Source: a virus (taxonomy: Duplodnaviria; Caudoviricetes). Taken from it: a stretch of 64,000 bases of DNA. Below, piece after piece: positions 42,671 to 53,879 of this stretch; the stretch's first letter is position 1, and each line of letters begins with the position of its first letter. The notes beneath the pieces were generated by a model. That model made no database searches, was not told the DNA's origin, and saw nothing but the letters and a program-made list of their open reading frames with translations. A program made the translations under genes and the position numbers. The stretch lies in IMG/VR virus record IMGVR_UViG_3300003320_000853; one strand, given 5' to 3'.

Positions 42671-42823
42671 TCAGTAGTCGCCGTTCTTGTAGGCGGCCTG
42701 CTTGTTCTTGGCACCACCGCGGGGAGCGCGACGGTCGCGCATCTTGTTGGCGTGGCGGGTGGTGAGGGCCGCGAGGGCGGCGGAGCGGGTGGCGGGCATC
42801 TCGGGGAGCTTCGGGGTCTTCAT
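42671..42823 (-). CDS. 50-aa basic peptide (paralog B), missed by the ORF track
   Basis: MKTPKLPEMPATRSAALAALTTRHANKMRDRRAPRGGAKNKQAAYKNGDY; class I promoter. Confidence 0.8.
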   Translation of the reverse strand: MKTPKLPEMPATRSAALAALTTRHANKMRDRRAPRGGAKNKQAAYKNGDY

Positions 42824-43813
42824 GTATCCCTCTACAGGGGACACCATCCCCCGATCAATGCGCGTCGTGCGGATTGTACTTCGAAAGCCAATCCAGGAGC
42901 TTCTCGGACTCGACCAGATGCTTCGCCAGCTCCCCGAGCTTGTCGAGCAAGGTCTCGTCGGCCAGCTCGGTCATGACCTCATCGTCCTCATCGTCGAGGT
43001 CGTGGGCGGCCCTGAGATATGCCTGGACGGCCACTCGGAACTTCGTTGCGTCTCCATGGAAAGCAGGGAGGAGATGCAGCATCAGCTTGAGCACCCGGGC
43101 GGTGTGCTCGGGATCGGAGGCCGTTCGGCGGTCGTAGGAGTAGGTCATCCCGAAGAAGGGGTGCAAGAGGTGAACTATCAGGCGGCCATGAGGTCGGCGA
43201 GCGGCCGGGTGCTCGTATAGAACCACCCCATGTCGCCCTTGTTCTGGAAATCGATCCGGCCCTTGAAGGCCGCACAGACCTGGTTCTCGGTGAGACCGGA
43301 AGCAGCCGCGATCTCCTCGACCCGGAGCCCCTGACCGAGGGTGGCGAATGTGCGGGAGATGATTGCGATGGCCTGGGTCTTCGTGAGCTTCATGCCCCTC
43401 CTACAAGACGGACGCGAGGCCGATCAATCGAAAAAGCGGATTGATCGAGAACCCGGATCCCCTGTACCAGGGGCATGCGGAAGGCCAAGACCCCCGACCC
43501 CAAGGCCGTCAAAGAAGCGCTCGACCTCTTCGTGGCGGATCTTCTCGATGACGACCGGACGAGCTTCACCTTCCAGGAAGCCGAAGGGCTCGCTGCGGAG
43601 CTGGGGTTCTCGACGGCTGTCGAGGTAATCAAGGGTCTCCGCGAGCGGGGCTGCGCCATGGACGAGCGGAAGCCCGCCCGTGAGGTACGTGGTTTCCGAG
43701 CAAACAACCACAACCGCTTCTGTGACCCTGCCAACAAGACGCATGGGGGCACGGGGTGGGAGCAGATCAACGGGTTTGCCGGGCAGTCCGGCTGACCCTG
43801 GTGTAAGAAAGAG

Positions 43814-44722
43814 ATGACGAAGATGCTCAATATCGATCCGCAGAGGCTCCGGCAGTTGACGGACGAGAAGCTCGCCGCCGTGGAGGCCGAGAAATTGGCC
43901 AAAGAGGCCCGTGATCGGGCGTATGAGGCCGAGAGAGTCGCCAACGGCGAGAAGCGGGCGGCGGCGGTGATCGAGCAGATCCCAGCCCTGTGCGAGAAGG
44001 CAGCCCGGTCGGGTGTTCGTGAAGCCAGGGTCATGGACATGGACACCTCCGAGTTCATCGGCCCCGGCCGCGACCACAGCGGCAACGCTCTTCAGGAGAG
44101 CTGGTTCGCCTACGGGGCCCTCCCCGTGTACCGGGCGCTTCGCGACGCCGGGTTCTCGATGAACGTCAAGATGTGGGACGATCCGCGCAGCGGGTGGAGC
44201 GGTTTCTATCTCAACGTCACCTGGTGAACGATGGCGAAGTGGGATCACGACGATCTGGTCAGTAAACCCATGAAGGGGGATCCCGACGATCTGGTTGGGC
44301 ATTGGGACGCGCTCAAGCCCCAGAAGGAGGAGGCCGCAGCCAAACCGGCTGCGGCCCGCTCGGGCATCCTCGACGTCAACGAGCTGCGGACGGCGACCCA
44401 GAGGGCCATTCAGGATGGCACCGCCAAGAAGCGGGCCGCCGAGGAGGCTAAGGTCGCCGACATCCTCCAGAGGACGACGGAGCGGGCCCGCAAGGAGGCT
44501 GCCAAGGGCAAGAGCCAGTGCCGGGTGATGAAGATCCTGTATGACCGGGATTACACCTATGTCAAAGACAACACGACCAGGCCGAGAAGGATCGAGCTGT
44601 TGGGGCTGGCGAAGCTCGTCTCCGATCAGCTCCAGGCGGCGAAGATCCAGACAGATTTCGAACGCCAGAACACTGGCGGAAGCTACTTCGACGAAGACGT
44701 CTGGCTCCTCATGAAGTGGTAG
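43814..44722 (+). other. Two tandem, probably paralogous hypothetical genes (43814-44227, 44231-44722)
   Basis: Shared LR..T..coiled..[EK]AA..G....RVM..terminal W layout; class II motif at 43800. Confidence 0.6.
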
Positions 44723-44740
44723 CGGTGTAGCCCGTCCGAA

Positions 44741-45361
44741 ATGGACGGCACTCACGGCATTCTTTCCGACAACGAAATCCGAACGGCGTATGCCAACGGA
44801 AAGATCGTCGTCGATCCCTTCAACCCCGAGCACCTCAACCCGACGAGCCTCGACCTCACGCTCGGCGACGGGGTCGCGGTCTATACGAACTGGGTGGAGG
44901 CATTCGAGGTGCCCAAGACGACCTATGAGGACGGCCGTTACTTCTGCATCCTCCCGAACGGGATGATCAACGTGAAGCAGGAGCCCGGGGTCGCCCGCTT
45001 CACGATCAGCCATCAAGGCTGGCTCCTCAAGCCCGGGATCGGCTACCTGATGCACACGCGTGAACGGGTCTGGACAGAGAGCTTCGTCCCCGTGCTCGAC
45101 GGGAAGTCTTCGATCGGCCGGCTTTTCGTGAAGGTGCACGAGACTGCGGGCTACGGCGATCCGGGCTTCAACGGGCAGTACACCTTGGAGGTCACTGCCC
45201 AGCACCCGATCCGAGTCTATGCCGGGATGCGGATCTGTCAGATCCGGTTCCACACGATCGCGGGAGCGGTGGGCAAGACCTACGACAAGGTGGGGCACTA
45301 CACGCAAGAGGCGGCCACGGGAGCGGTCGCCTCTCAGGCGTGGAAGCAGTTCCAGGGGTAG
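44741..45361 (+). CDS. dcd: dCTP deaminase
   Basis: ILSD.EI, NPTSLDLTLG, GKSSIGRL, TAGYGDPGFNGQYTLE, GMRICQI. Confidence 0.93.
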   Translation: MDGTHGILSDNEIRTAYANGKIVVDPFNPEHLNPTSLDLTLGDGVAVYTNWVEAFEVPKTTYEDGRYFCILPNGMINVKQEPGVARFTISHQGWLLKPGIGYLMHTRERVWTESFVPVLDGKSSIGRLFVKVHETAGYGDPGFNGQYTLEVTAQHPIRVYAGMRICQIRFHTIAGAVGKTYDKVGHYTQEAATGAVASQAWKQFQG

Positions 45362-45749
45362 GGGTCAGTCCATGTTCGCCGCGATGAGGTCGCGGGTCGG
45401 GTTGTGCCCGAAGTGCCATGACTTGATGAAGTGACCCTCGGCCTCCGCCTTGTTGTAGATCAGGCGCATCTTCTCGAAAAGGACGGCGGCCTCAGCCTCG
45501 CAGCGATCCTCCGTGGCCTTGAGGGTGTTGTATTCGTCGGAGGGCATGGTGCCGCCGTTGTGGCGCATCCCGATGCGGATCTCGTCCCGCGCAGCGAACC
45601 CCTCACTGCGCTTGGCTTCCCAAGCCTTCTCGGCCTTCGTGTAGGCGATCTTGGCGGCGCGGGCGGACTTGAAGGGCTTCGTCGTGTTCATGCCTCTACT
45701 AAAAAAAGGGCGGGCGTCGGATCAACCGCGCCCGCCATTTTTCCGTCAA

Positions 45750-46592
45750 TCACTCGGCGGCATCGTCCTTCTTGAGGACGCTGAGGATCTCCTTGGCGGC
45801 CTTCTGGATGCGCTCGCCGACCGACTTGACGAGCTTCGTGTCGCCCTCCGACCAGCCGGCGACATAGCCGAAGCTGTACTCGCTCGCGTCGAACCCGAGG
45901 ACGGTGAACACGATGAACGCCGTGCTCTCGGCCTCGACCTCGTTCTGGGGACGGCCGTGGCGATCCTCCTCCTTGGCGTGGAGGATCGAGTGTGCCACCT
46001 CGTGGACGAGCACCCGGAACGTCTGGAGGTCGCTCATCCCCTCGAATACTTCGATGCGACCGGCGCGGTAGTAGAGACCATCGGCCGTCTCGCCAGCCGG
46101 GCGGGCCGGGAAGGTCACGGGGACGCCGCGAGACGCCGACCACGCGGCGAGCTTCGCGGTGAGGGACCGGATCTCCTCGCTGCTCCCCTGGAGATCCTTG
46201 GCGACCTCGGGAAGGGGCTCGCCGTCCGTCTGGGAGATGTCGAAGGTCGACTCGACCCGCCACCCGCGGATTCCGTAGACGTCCTCCTTCACGCCGTCCT
46301 TCTCGACGCTCTTCTTGAACTTGAGGGGCGCGAGCACGTGGAATGCCTTCTCACCCTTGCGCACCTGGCGGCCGAGGCTCTGCCAGGTGCGGTAGCCGGC
46401 GAACCGGGTGACGTCGACGCCGCGGGTGATCGCCTGGCCCATGAGCCACATGACGTTGCCGAAGCTGTACTTGTGGAAGCGGCTCTGCGTCGCGAGGTAG
46501 CGCTTCCAGTCGTCCGAGGAGACGAGGGCCGCGATGCCGTCCGTGAGAGCCTTGTGCGCGTCTTCGAGCCGGGTGTCCGTCGTGGTGTCCAT
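45750..46592 (-). CDS. ardC: ArdC-like ssDNA-binding antirestriction protein with zincin domain
   Basis: FHKYSFGN, AGYRTWQSLGRQVRKGEKA, FDISQTDG, HEVAH, EVEAESTA, YSFGYVAGW. Confidence 0.85.
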   Translation of the reverse strand: MDTTTDTRLEDAHKALTDGIAALVSSDDWKRYLATQSRFHKYSFGNVMWLMGQAITRGVDVTRFAGYRTWQSLGRQVRKGEKAFHVLAPLKFKKSVEKDGVKEDVYGIRGWRVESTFDISQTDGEPLPEVAKDLQGSSEEIRSLTAKLAAWSASRGVPVTFPARPAGETADGLYYRAGRIEVFEGMSDLQTFRVLVHEVAHSILHAKEEDRHGRPQNEVEAESTAFIVFTVLGFDASEYSFGYVAGWSEGDTKLVKSVGERIQKAAKEILSVLKKDDAAE

Positions 46593-46989
46593 GCCCCTCA
46601 TACACGGGGTCGACCCCCACGATCAATCGGGGCGGGATATTTTCTTTGGTGTAGGGGAGATTGATTCGCGAGGGTGTCGCGCTGTATGTCCCCCATGACC
46701 TCGCAAGAACGCCGTGAATGGGCCGGAGCCATCCTAGGGATGGTCTGTCTGATCCCTCTCTCGTTGGCCTTCGTCGTCGCGTGTCAATTCTTTCTGGAGT
46801 GACCATGCCTCGCACCCGTCAGGTCGATTTTGCCGTGGGGGAACTTCGTCGGATCACCGGAAAGGTGTACCCCCATCTGGAGACCGCCTTCGATGGGATG
46901 CCCCCGGAGGCACAGGAGGATCTCGTCCGGGTCATGCGCGACCTCTACGGCGAAATCCTGAACGCCAAGCGGCAGGGAGGCCGCGAACC

Positions 46990-47331
46990 GTGGAGACGCT
47001 GAAATCCTACATCATCTCTCTCAAGAAGACCCATCCGACACCTTTACCTCGGGATCGGAAGGCGGCCATCGAGGTCGTCAAGAACAGCTTCGAGAAGAAC
47101 CGGGAAGAGGTCTTCGGGCGCCTCGGCATGTTTAGGTGCTACCCCGTCCAGTCGAAGACCCTGTCGACCGTCTTTACGGCCTCGGGAGGGATCCGGTTCA
47201 CATGCTTCCCGGCCCTCGGATTGATCGCCGCGATCCTCCCCAAGGAGATCGTCGACTTCCTGTCGAAGGACCCGTCCGTCGGATCCGTCACGGAAGATCG
47301 GAGGATCAAGCTCTTCCCCTACGCGGAGTGA
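46990..47331 (+). CDS. Standalone peptidase-inhibitor-I9 (subtilase propeptide)-like protein
   Basis: SYIISLK..IAAILPKEIVDFLSKDPSVGSVTEDRRIKL pattern. Confidence 0.5.
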   Translation: METLKSYIISLKKTHPTPLPRDRKAAIEVVKNSFEKNREEVFGRLGMFRCYPVQSKTLSTVFTASGGIRFTCFPALGLIAAILPKEIVDFLSKDPSVGSVTEDRRIKLFPYAE

Positions 47332-48457
47332 CCATGTCGAGGCTCAAGTTCAGGGTCGTCATCGACAACGATGACCATGAGCACGGTCGGATGTGGCTTC
47401 CCTACATTTCGCCCCATCGGGGGCTTCGCCGTGTCCTCGTCATCTGGGGCTGGCTCTACGCTGAGATCAAGCTTGTCCGGAGGTAGCCGTGGCCGCCAAA
47501 AAGAAGGGGCTCACCCAGGACGCCATGCAGGCGTTCATACAGAAGACCATGACGAGCCTCGGGGCACCCCCCATCAAGTTCGAGCCCGACGAAGACCTCC
47601 GGTACTTCTGGCAGGGGAAGCCTCTGACGATCGGGGAGCTGAAGAGGCTTCCCGAGAACGCGGTCGTGTGGGTGACGTACAAGAAGTACGGCCACGACGG
47701 CGGAGGCTTCCGCATCAACCACGCGATGAGGGTCAGCCGCGAGGAGGGCGCCGACGCTTGGTTCCTCGTGGATGGCTCCTCCTTCGCGGCCGAGTTCACA
47801 CCCGCGGCGGGGCTGACGGACGGTGACGATTGCTTCGACGACTGTATCGGCGAGGGGGAGATGTTCCTCTACCACGCGGAGAAGCTCACCCCGGCCGAGC
47901 ACAAGAAACGGGTCACGGCACAGAAGAAGCTCCTGAAGGCGCTCGACGACATCTCGAAGGGCGGCAAGGCGGCGAAGCGTGGGATGTCCGCCCTCAAGCC
48001 CAAGAGACGGAAGGGGCGCCGGTGATGGCTGATGACGAGCTGGTCTCCTACTGGGACATCGTCCACCCGCCCCTTCCCACGCCAGAACCCGTGTTTGGCT
48101 TGGACGATCTGAGCGACGCACCTGAGCCGGATCCCCCGAAGCGTCCAGCCTTCTGCTACGAATGTGGCCTGCCCTCCCGGATCTGCGACGGGAGCGACCA
48201 TCTAAAGGTGCGTAACGCCAGGAGAACCTACGGGTGGAACATCCTCCGATGGCAAACCGAGGAATCGGACATTTTCTGGCGGAAGGCTCGACACCTGACC
48301 GAGGAGGAGACGGTCGATATACAGCATCGCCTCACGTGGATCCGACAGGCGTCCAATGAGACCAACGAGCAATTCTTCCGACGGCGCCGAGCCTTGAACG
48401 AGGTGGGCAAGATCGTCGTAAGCCGATGGCGCATCGATCTGTTCCGTAGGATTTTCC

Positions 48458-48811
48458 ATGAGCGCTGAGAAGCAGATGGTGCGGGAGCGCTTCCGGACGG
48501 CGGTGTTCCGGCGGGCGAAGTACCGTTGCCAGGGCCCCGGCTGCAAGGTCGTCGCCACGGCCGAGACGGCGGAGACGATCCTCGACGCCCACCACGTGAC
48601 GCCTCGCGAGCTCATGCCCGGCGGTGGGTACGTCGCCGAGAATGGGGTCTGCCTGTGCAAGGCAGACTGTCACGAGAAGGCTGAGCAGAACCTCCGCGGC
48701 GGCGACTGGCCTGGCTTCGCATCCGATGATCTCTACAAGATCATCGGGTCGAACCGGAAGAAGGCGGAAGCGGCCTCCAAGAGGTTGATCAAGACATCCC
48801 CCACCATGTAG
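48458..48811 (+). CDS. HNH-like endonuclease
   Basis: VFRRAKYRCQ..C..LDAHHV..ENGVCLC..CH. Confidence 0.7.
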   Translation: MSAEKQMVRERFRTAVFRRAKYRCQGPGCKVVATAETAETILDAHHVTPRELMPGGGYVAENGVCLCKADCHEKAEQNLRGGDWPGFASDDLYKIIGSNRKKAEAASKRLIKTSPTM

Positions 48812-49623
48812 GACGGGCATGAACAACCGCGCCAAGAACGTCGCCGAGGCTTTGATCTACGCCGTCGAATGCGACATCGCGACCCTCGAAGGGTACCGCT
48901 TCATCAAGAAGTTCTCCAAGGCCGACATTCGGCGGGCGGAGGACATCGTCCGGACGGGCCTCGCCAACTGCAAGCGCTTCACCACGATCGAGGACGCGGA
49001 GGCCGTCAAGGCGTCCCGTGTCACCGCGTGGTTTCGGGGCGAGACCAACGAGACCGGAGAGAAGCCGTGACTCTGTCGAGGGTGAAGAAGGGCCTCTACG
49101 TCATCAAGGACGCTGCCGGCAACACCATCGACACGGCCGACCGGATCGACTCCGCCATGAACAGGGCCGACAAGAAGGGCGTGCCCTGCATGGTCGTCCA
49201 TGTCCTCTCCGGGAAGATCGTCCGCCCTCTCCGCTGATCCCCCGGTGTACCTGGGTGTCATGCCGAGCGAGCTGGACGACCTCTGCGCGGAGCATGGGGT
49301 CGTCGTTGAAGACTCGACGCAAGGAGCCGTGGTTCTCCGCTGGGGCGAGCGTAGACTTCTGGCCCCTTACCGTGGCCCTGCAACGCCTGCGAACGTCCTC
49401 TGCGCCGTCATCCTCGACGTCATCACGACCGATGACATGACCGAGGAGGAAGCCGTAGAGAACGACGTGGGATACCTCTCCGCCGAGGAGTCCAGGCGGA
49501 TCTTCCTCATGTGCAGAGCCGAAGCAGAGCCGCTTCGCACCTTCCTCGGGGAGCACTATGACGAATTCGCAGGTGCTCAGCACTAGAGGTTGATCGCGGC
49601 GGGCCTCGCGATGTAGAAGTAAG

Positions 49624-49822
49624 CGTCCACGGCGAGACAAGAAACCGCCGGGGCCCACAGGGAGCCCGAATCTCTGGTAGCGGGGAGCCAGGCTGGGAGC
49701 TGGCCTAGCGGAAAACGGCGAAACGGATCTAGGGGAGCCCGCCGAAGCTGGGCCTAGCGACGAGCGGCGAAGCAGCTCACCAGCCAAGCCCCGGAAGCAT
49801 GCTTCCGGGGCTTCTGTGTTTC
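49624..49822 (+). ncRNA. Candidate structured ncRNA of about 200 nt
   Basis: Perfect class I promoter at 49590 with no ATG after it; several short stems; ends in a terminator. Confidence 0.6.
49786..49822 (+). terminator. Intrinsic terminator
   Basis: AAGCCCCGGAAGCATGCTTCCGGGGCTT perfect palindrome followed by CTGTGTTTC. Confidence 0.8.
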
Positions 49823-51183
49823 TGGCGCCTGGAAGGGCCCGTTGAGCGCTCCGGCCGAGGGGCATGGCCTAGGCGCCGTCCGGAGCCTCGTGGAGACTTC
49901 CTGGGGCGGATCTAGGCCAGGAAGGCAGGCCTGGCGACCCCGACGTCGAGGAGGGCGTAGACGAAGAGTCCTGCGAGCACGTCGTCCTCGACGTTGCCAG
50001 GAAGCCCGATCACGAGAGAGCGCTTCTTCGCGAGGTCGCCGAGAAGAAACTCGACCTTGCTCCGGAGAGGCTTCCCGTGAAGCGAGATGGGCGTCATCTC
50101 ATGGATCATTTCCGACGGGGTGCCCCGGTAGATCGGATTCTCCGGGGAAGGGATCCAGATCGACTCGGGGAGCAGGGAGAGGTGTGCGGCCGAGAACGAA
50201 GTCTCCGTCATGCCACGACCGTACGAGGGAAGTGCGTCGGGGGAAGCTGGCGCACTTTCGTGGAGACCTTCTTGACCGCCTTCCAAGATGGGACGACGCC
50301 CGTCGAGGTAACCGAGAGGATCTGGCGCGACATCCCGGAGGTCACATCGAAGCTCACCGCGGTCACCCGGAAGCATCCGGAGACTTCGAGCGCCTCCGTA
50401 CGCGTCCCGTTCTGCCGCTGGAGACGAAAGCGAAGCGTGAGCGGATCCCCGATCCGAAACAGGGAAGTCAGCCCCATCTTGACCCGCGGGTTACCCGTGA
50501 CGTCGGCGAGCTCGATGACTGTGGCATTCATCATACTCCCTAGGGTTTTCCATCGAATCTTTCGTGGACGTACCACCTTGGAGCCCTTCGTGTCCGGGGC
50601 GCATTTCGCGCTTGCACGGCGATCCCGTCCTGGTATAGCCTCGCCCTCGTTCCCCTTCCCGAGATCGTCCGGAACGGTCGTTGACGGATGGGGGACGAGT
50701 TCCTTGCCCAGGTCACCTCGAAAGGGGTGAGGGTAGGAGAGGAGGCCTTCGGAGCCGTACCGAAGGCGCTTCCGATCCGAAGCGGCGATCCGAGAGAGCG
50801 GGTCTCGAAGGTCGCCCAGAAGTACACCGAGAGAGGATCGCCCCGAGAAGTACCGCGAGACCTCACATCTTGATCCTAGATCGAGACGAAGGGTGGAAGC
50901 CTGGGAAGAACAAACCAAGAAAACCAATCGACGATCAGCTTTCCGATTCATCTTCGACGACGACATCAAGCAGTACAGCAGTAGCGGATCCAAGTACGAC
51001 AGCAACGAGCAACGCAGCAAGCACAAGTAGTAGTAGAGCGACAGCAACGACAGGTAGTCGTGCAGCGGGTAGTGGTTCGGTAGGTAGTGCGGCGGGTACG
51101 TGTTCGGTGGGCCCGAACGGCGCTCTCAGCTCGGATGGCTTCCGAGCGCCCCAAGGGGACGGTAGGCGGGATCCCGCCTGTGC

Positions 51184-51792
51184 CTATCCTCTCGGTTTCA
51201 GGGGGAAAAAGCTCGCGGCGTAGCTCCAGAGAATGGCTGGATGGCTCTCAGTCCCGAGGCTCGATCCGATCTCGATCGCACGGTTCCAGAGGCGGCGTGC
51301 TTCGGGGAGATTCTCGTTCGTGAGGTGCTCGATGGCGGAGAGCCAAAGGCTCAGGGTGGCACGATGGAGGGCGCCGGAGGACTCGGTGGCCTCTTCTTGG
51401 AGGCGGGAGACCTCACGGCTGGCCCGGCTCGGGTCCTGGCCTCCGGCCCATCCGAGCCAGGCCAAGGAGGCGGTCTCTACGAGGTGCTCCTCGTAGGAGG
51501 CACGGGTGGGAAGCCCAAGGGGTCTCCGGGGGAAGGCTACCCCTGCCACCATGTGAAGCGAGGTGTGGATCACATCGTTCAGCCGGCGGTTGAGGTAGGA
51601 GCTGGGGGATCGGTGAGTGAGGGCGCTTCGAGCCAGAGTCCTGGCAGATCCGGGAGCCGCGCGGTTGTGCACAACGCTGAGGGCTTCTCGGAGGGCCGTG
51701 ACTTCTCGGACGATGGGCGTTTCGTCTCCGAAGGCGGGTCGCCACACCAAGGAATGGTGGGGTGGCTCGCTGAAAGCCGAATGTGCGTGCAT
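51184..51792 (-). CDS. Hypothetical helical protein
   Basis: Start set by the class II motif at 51803; the longer 621-aa ORF is an antisense shadow of 51931..52956. Confidence 0.55.
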   Translation of the reverse strand: MHAHSAFSEPPHHSLVWRPAFGDETPIVREVTALREALSVVHNRAAPGSARTLARSALTHRSPSSYLNRRLNDVIHTSLHMVAGVAFPRRPLGLPTRASYEEHLVETASLAWLGWAGGQDPSRASREVSRLQEEATESSGALHRATLSLWLSAIEHLTNENLPEARRLWNRAIEIGSSLGTESHPAILWSYAASFFPLKPRG

Positions 51793-51930
51793 GCAAAGGT
51801 AATACACCGCGTACGGCATTGGATCAATGCGGGAAGACTGTGCTTTCTCGGTCTGCGCTTGACCAGGACGGAAGCGGCGGGCTATGGGGCGGCCGATTGA
51901 TCGATCGGGGGCCTCGCTTGTAGAAGCAGC

Positions 51931-52956
51931 ATGGAGGGCAGGATGTCTGGAAACTGGCCCGTGGGTGTTCCACGGGACTACAAAGAGCTTCATGCCATGT
52001 ATGGGGATTACGTGGCCTATGTCTGCCAGCGGTACGGCAGGGTCGAGCAGAGTCCGGCGGATCTCCTCCAGCACATCTGGGAGAGGTTGCTCAACGCCAA
52101 CGTTCTCGCGAAGTACGTCGCCAGCCTCCAGACGGGCTACTCCGTTCCGGATACGGTGACGACCCTGGAGGCGTGTGCTCTCCTGGGGGTCAGCTTCGGG
52201 GCGTGGCGTTCTGCCCACTGGTCGTACCAGGTGATCTTCAAGAAGGTGCTCAACGGGCAGACGCCCGAGGGCGGGAAGATGTGCGGGACCACGCGGAGCC
52301 GGGGTCTTCCCGTTCGCTGCTCCGCTTGCAAGGGCGGGGGCCAGATCGACGACGAGGCTTGCGCCAAGTGCAATGGGCTCGGCTCGACGGGGGTGCGTAC
52401 GGAGCGGTGGGTCCGTTGGATGCCAGAACCGATCCAGCCGGATCCGGAGCCTGGCAAGACGGTGCGTCCCGTGGGGCCGGTCTCGGCAAAGGCCCGGTTC
52501 AACACTCGGCAGGTGATCGCGCTCGCGGAGATGAACGTCTTCCGGAACGTGTGTGTGAATCTGCCCACACCCACAGCCACCCCGGCTCATTTCAGGAACT
52601 ATCTCCGCCAGGCGGTGAAGAACCATTTCAAGAACTGGGTCCGGACGAAGAAGCGCCGGCACAAGGAGCGCCCGGCCGATCTCTTCACGGAGTTCAAGAG
52701 CTTCGACGACACGAGGGAGTCCGGGATGGAGGAGCGGCTCGTCGATCCGCACGCGACGAACCGGATGGAGGCGATGGCCGACATCGGGAAGATCCTCGGC
52801 CAGGCTCAGACGCGCGACCTCCTCTCGAAGAAGGACGACTTGTTCGCGCTCCTCGATGGGGGCTACACGCTCGCCGAGGCGGTGAAGAAGCTCGGGTGCT
52901 CGGCATCGACCCGGCGGGCCGTCGATCGGGTGCTCAAGAACCTCTCCAATGGGTGA
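51931..52956 (+). CDS. ECF sigma-factor-like protein with a large insertion in region 2
   Basis: YKELHAMYGDYV..ADLLQHIWERLL (regions 2.1-2.2), FRNYLRQAVKNHFKNWVRTKKRR (2.3-2.4), GYTLAEAVKKLGCS (region 4); class I promoter. Confidence 0.65.
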   Translation: MEGRMSGNWPVGVPRDYKELHAMYGDYVAYVCQRYGRVEQSPADLLQHIWERLLNANVLAKYVASLQTGYSVPDTVTTLEACALLGVSFGAWRSAHWSYQVIFKKVLNGQTPEGGKMCGTTRSRGLPVRCSACKGGGQIDDEACAKCNGLGSTGVRTERWVRWMPEPIQPDPEPGKTVRPVGPVSAKARFNTRQVIALAEMNVFRNVCVNLPTPTATPAHFRNYLRQAVKNHFKNWVRTKKRRHKERPADLFTEFKSFDDTRESGMEERLVDPHATNRMEAMADIGKILGQAQTRDLLSKKDDLFALLDGGYTLAEAVKKLGCSASTRRAVDRVLKNLSNG

Positions 52957-53156
52957 GGTCGAAGGGCTCCGGGCCTGTCCCTCTTGCCGTCGCGGAGTGA
53001 CCCATGCTCCGCGGCGGGGCTTCAACGATCCCGAAGCCTTCCACTGCATCTTCTGTCCCGCCGTCGTCTGCGACTGGTGCTACTCGACCCACACGAGGGA
53101 GCAGCACGCCGCCGAAGCCCTCAAGGCGCCCGATCCTCCGGTGTAAGAGAAGGGTC

Positions 53157-53879
53157 ATGGCCTACCACTGGTTCATGACCGTCGAGGCGAATAGTGAGGA
53201 AGGCGCTCGCAAGTTCGCGGCGTCTTTCGACACTTCCCCTGTTCAGCTCGAAGGGCGCAGCATCTCCTTCGTGGCCGAGGCCGAACGCAAGGACGACCTC
53301 TGGTGGGGGGTCGTCGTCTTCCCGTTCTTCGGATCCGCGTCGAAAGGCCAGGAGAGCGGAGTTGCCCCGCACAACGGGGCGGAGTCCGCCAGTCACGCCG
53401 TGCTCCTGACGGCCATCGGCAACGTCCTCTACTACAGGCTCCTCCGGGCGGCTCCGTTCGACGTCGCGGTTCTCGGGGTCGAGTGCGACGGGTTCTTCGG
53501 CTTCGGGGAGCACGATGATCTCGTCCAGGATCTTCGGGACGGTTGGACGCTGGACGGCCTCGTGGTCTCGGCTGCCCTGTGGGAAGCGGCCGGACAGCCG
53601 CCTGGGCTCGTTCGGCGCTCGGACGGCACCTACTGGTTCCCCTGGAAGGGCGAGCCATTCACCGTGCGGTTCCACATCACTCTCCGGGAAGAGACCGCCG
53701 ACGACGCCACGATCGCGAAGCTTATCGCCTTCGGGAACCTCCAGCACGTGGATCTGACGCGGGCCCGGCGTTTCGGAATCATCTCCGCCAACGGGGACTC
53801 GACCATGCTCGAAGCGTTGAGGGCCCGTCCGGAAGTCTTCTCGGTCGAGGTTGACGGCCAGAAGACTGTGGCGGACTAG
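53157..53879 (+). CDS. Hypothetical protein with an I9-propeptide-like C-terminus
   Basis: Class II motif; ends LEALRARPEVFSVEVDG. Confidence 0.55.
   Translation: MAYHWFMTVEANSEEGARKFAASFDTSPVQLEGRSISFVAEAERKDDLWWGVVVFPFFGSASKGQESGVAPHNGAESASHAVLLTAIGNVLYYRLLRAAPFDVAVLGVECDGFFGFGEHDDLVQDLRDGWTLDGLVVSAALWEAAGQPPGLVRRSDGTYWFPWKGEPFTVRFHITLREETADDATIAKLIAFGNLQHVDLTRARRFGIISANGDSTMLEALRARPEVFSVEVDGQKTVAD

Noticed and set aside
52130-52590. Intein in the sigma-like gene
   Set aside because: No His-Asn followed by Cys/Ser/Thr, and no LAGLIDADG blocks seen.
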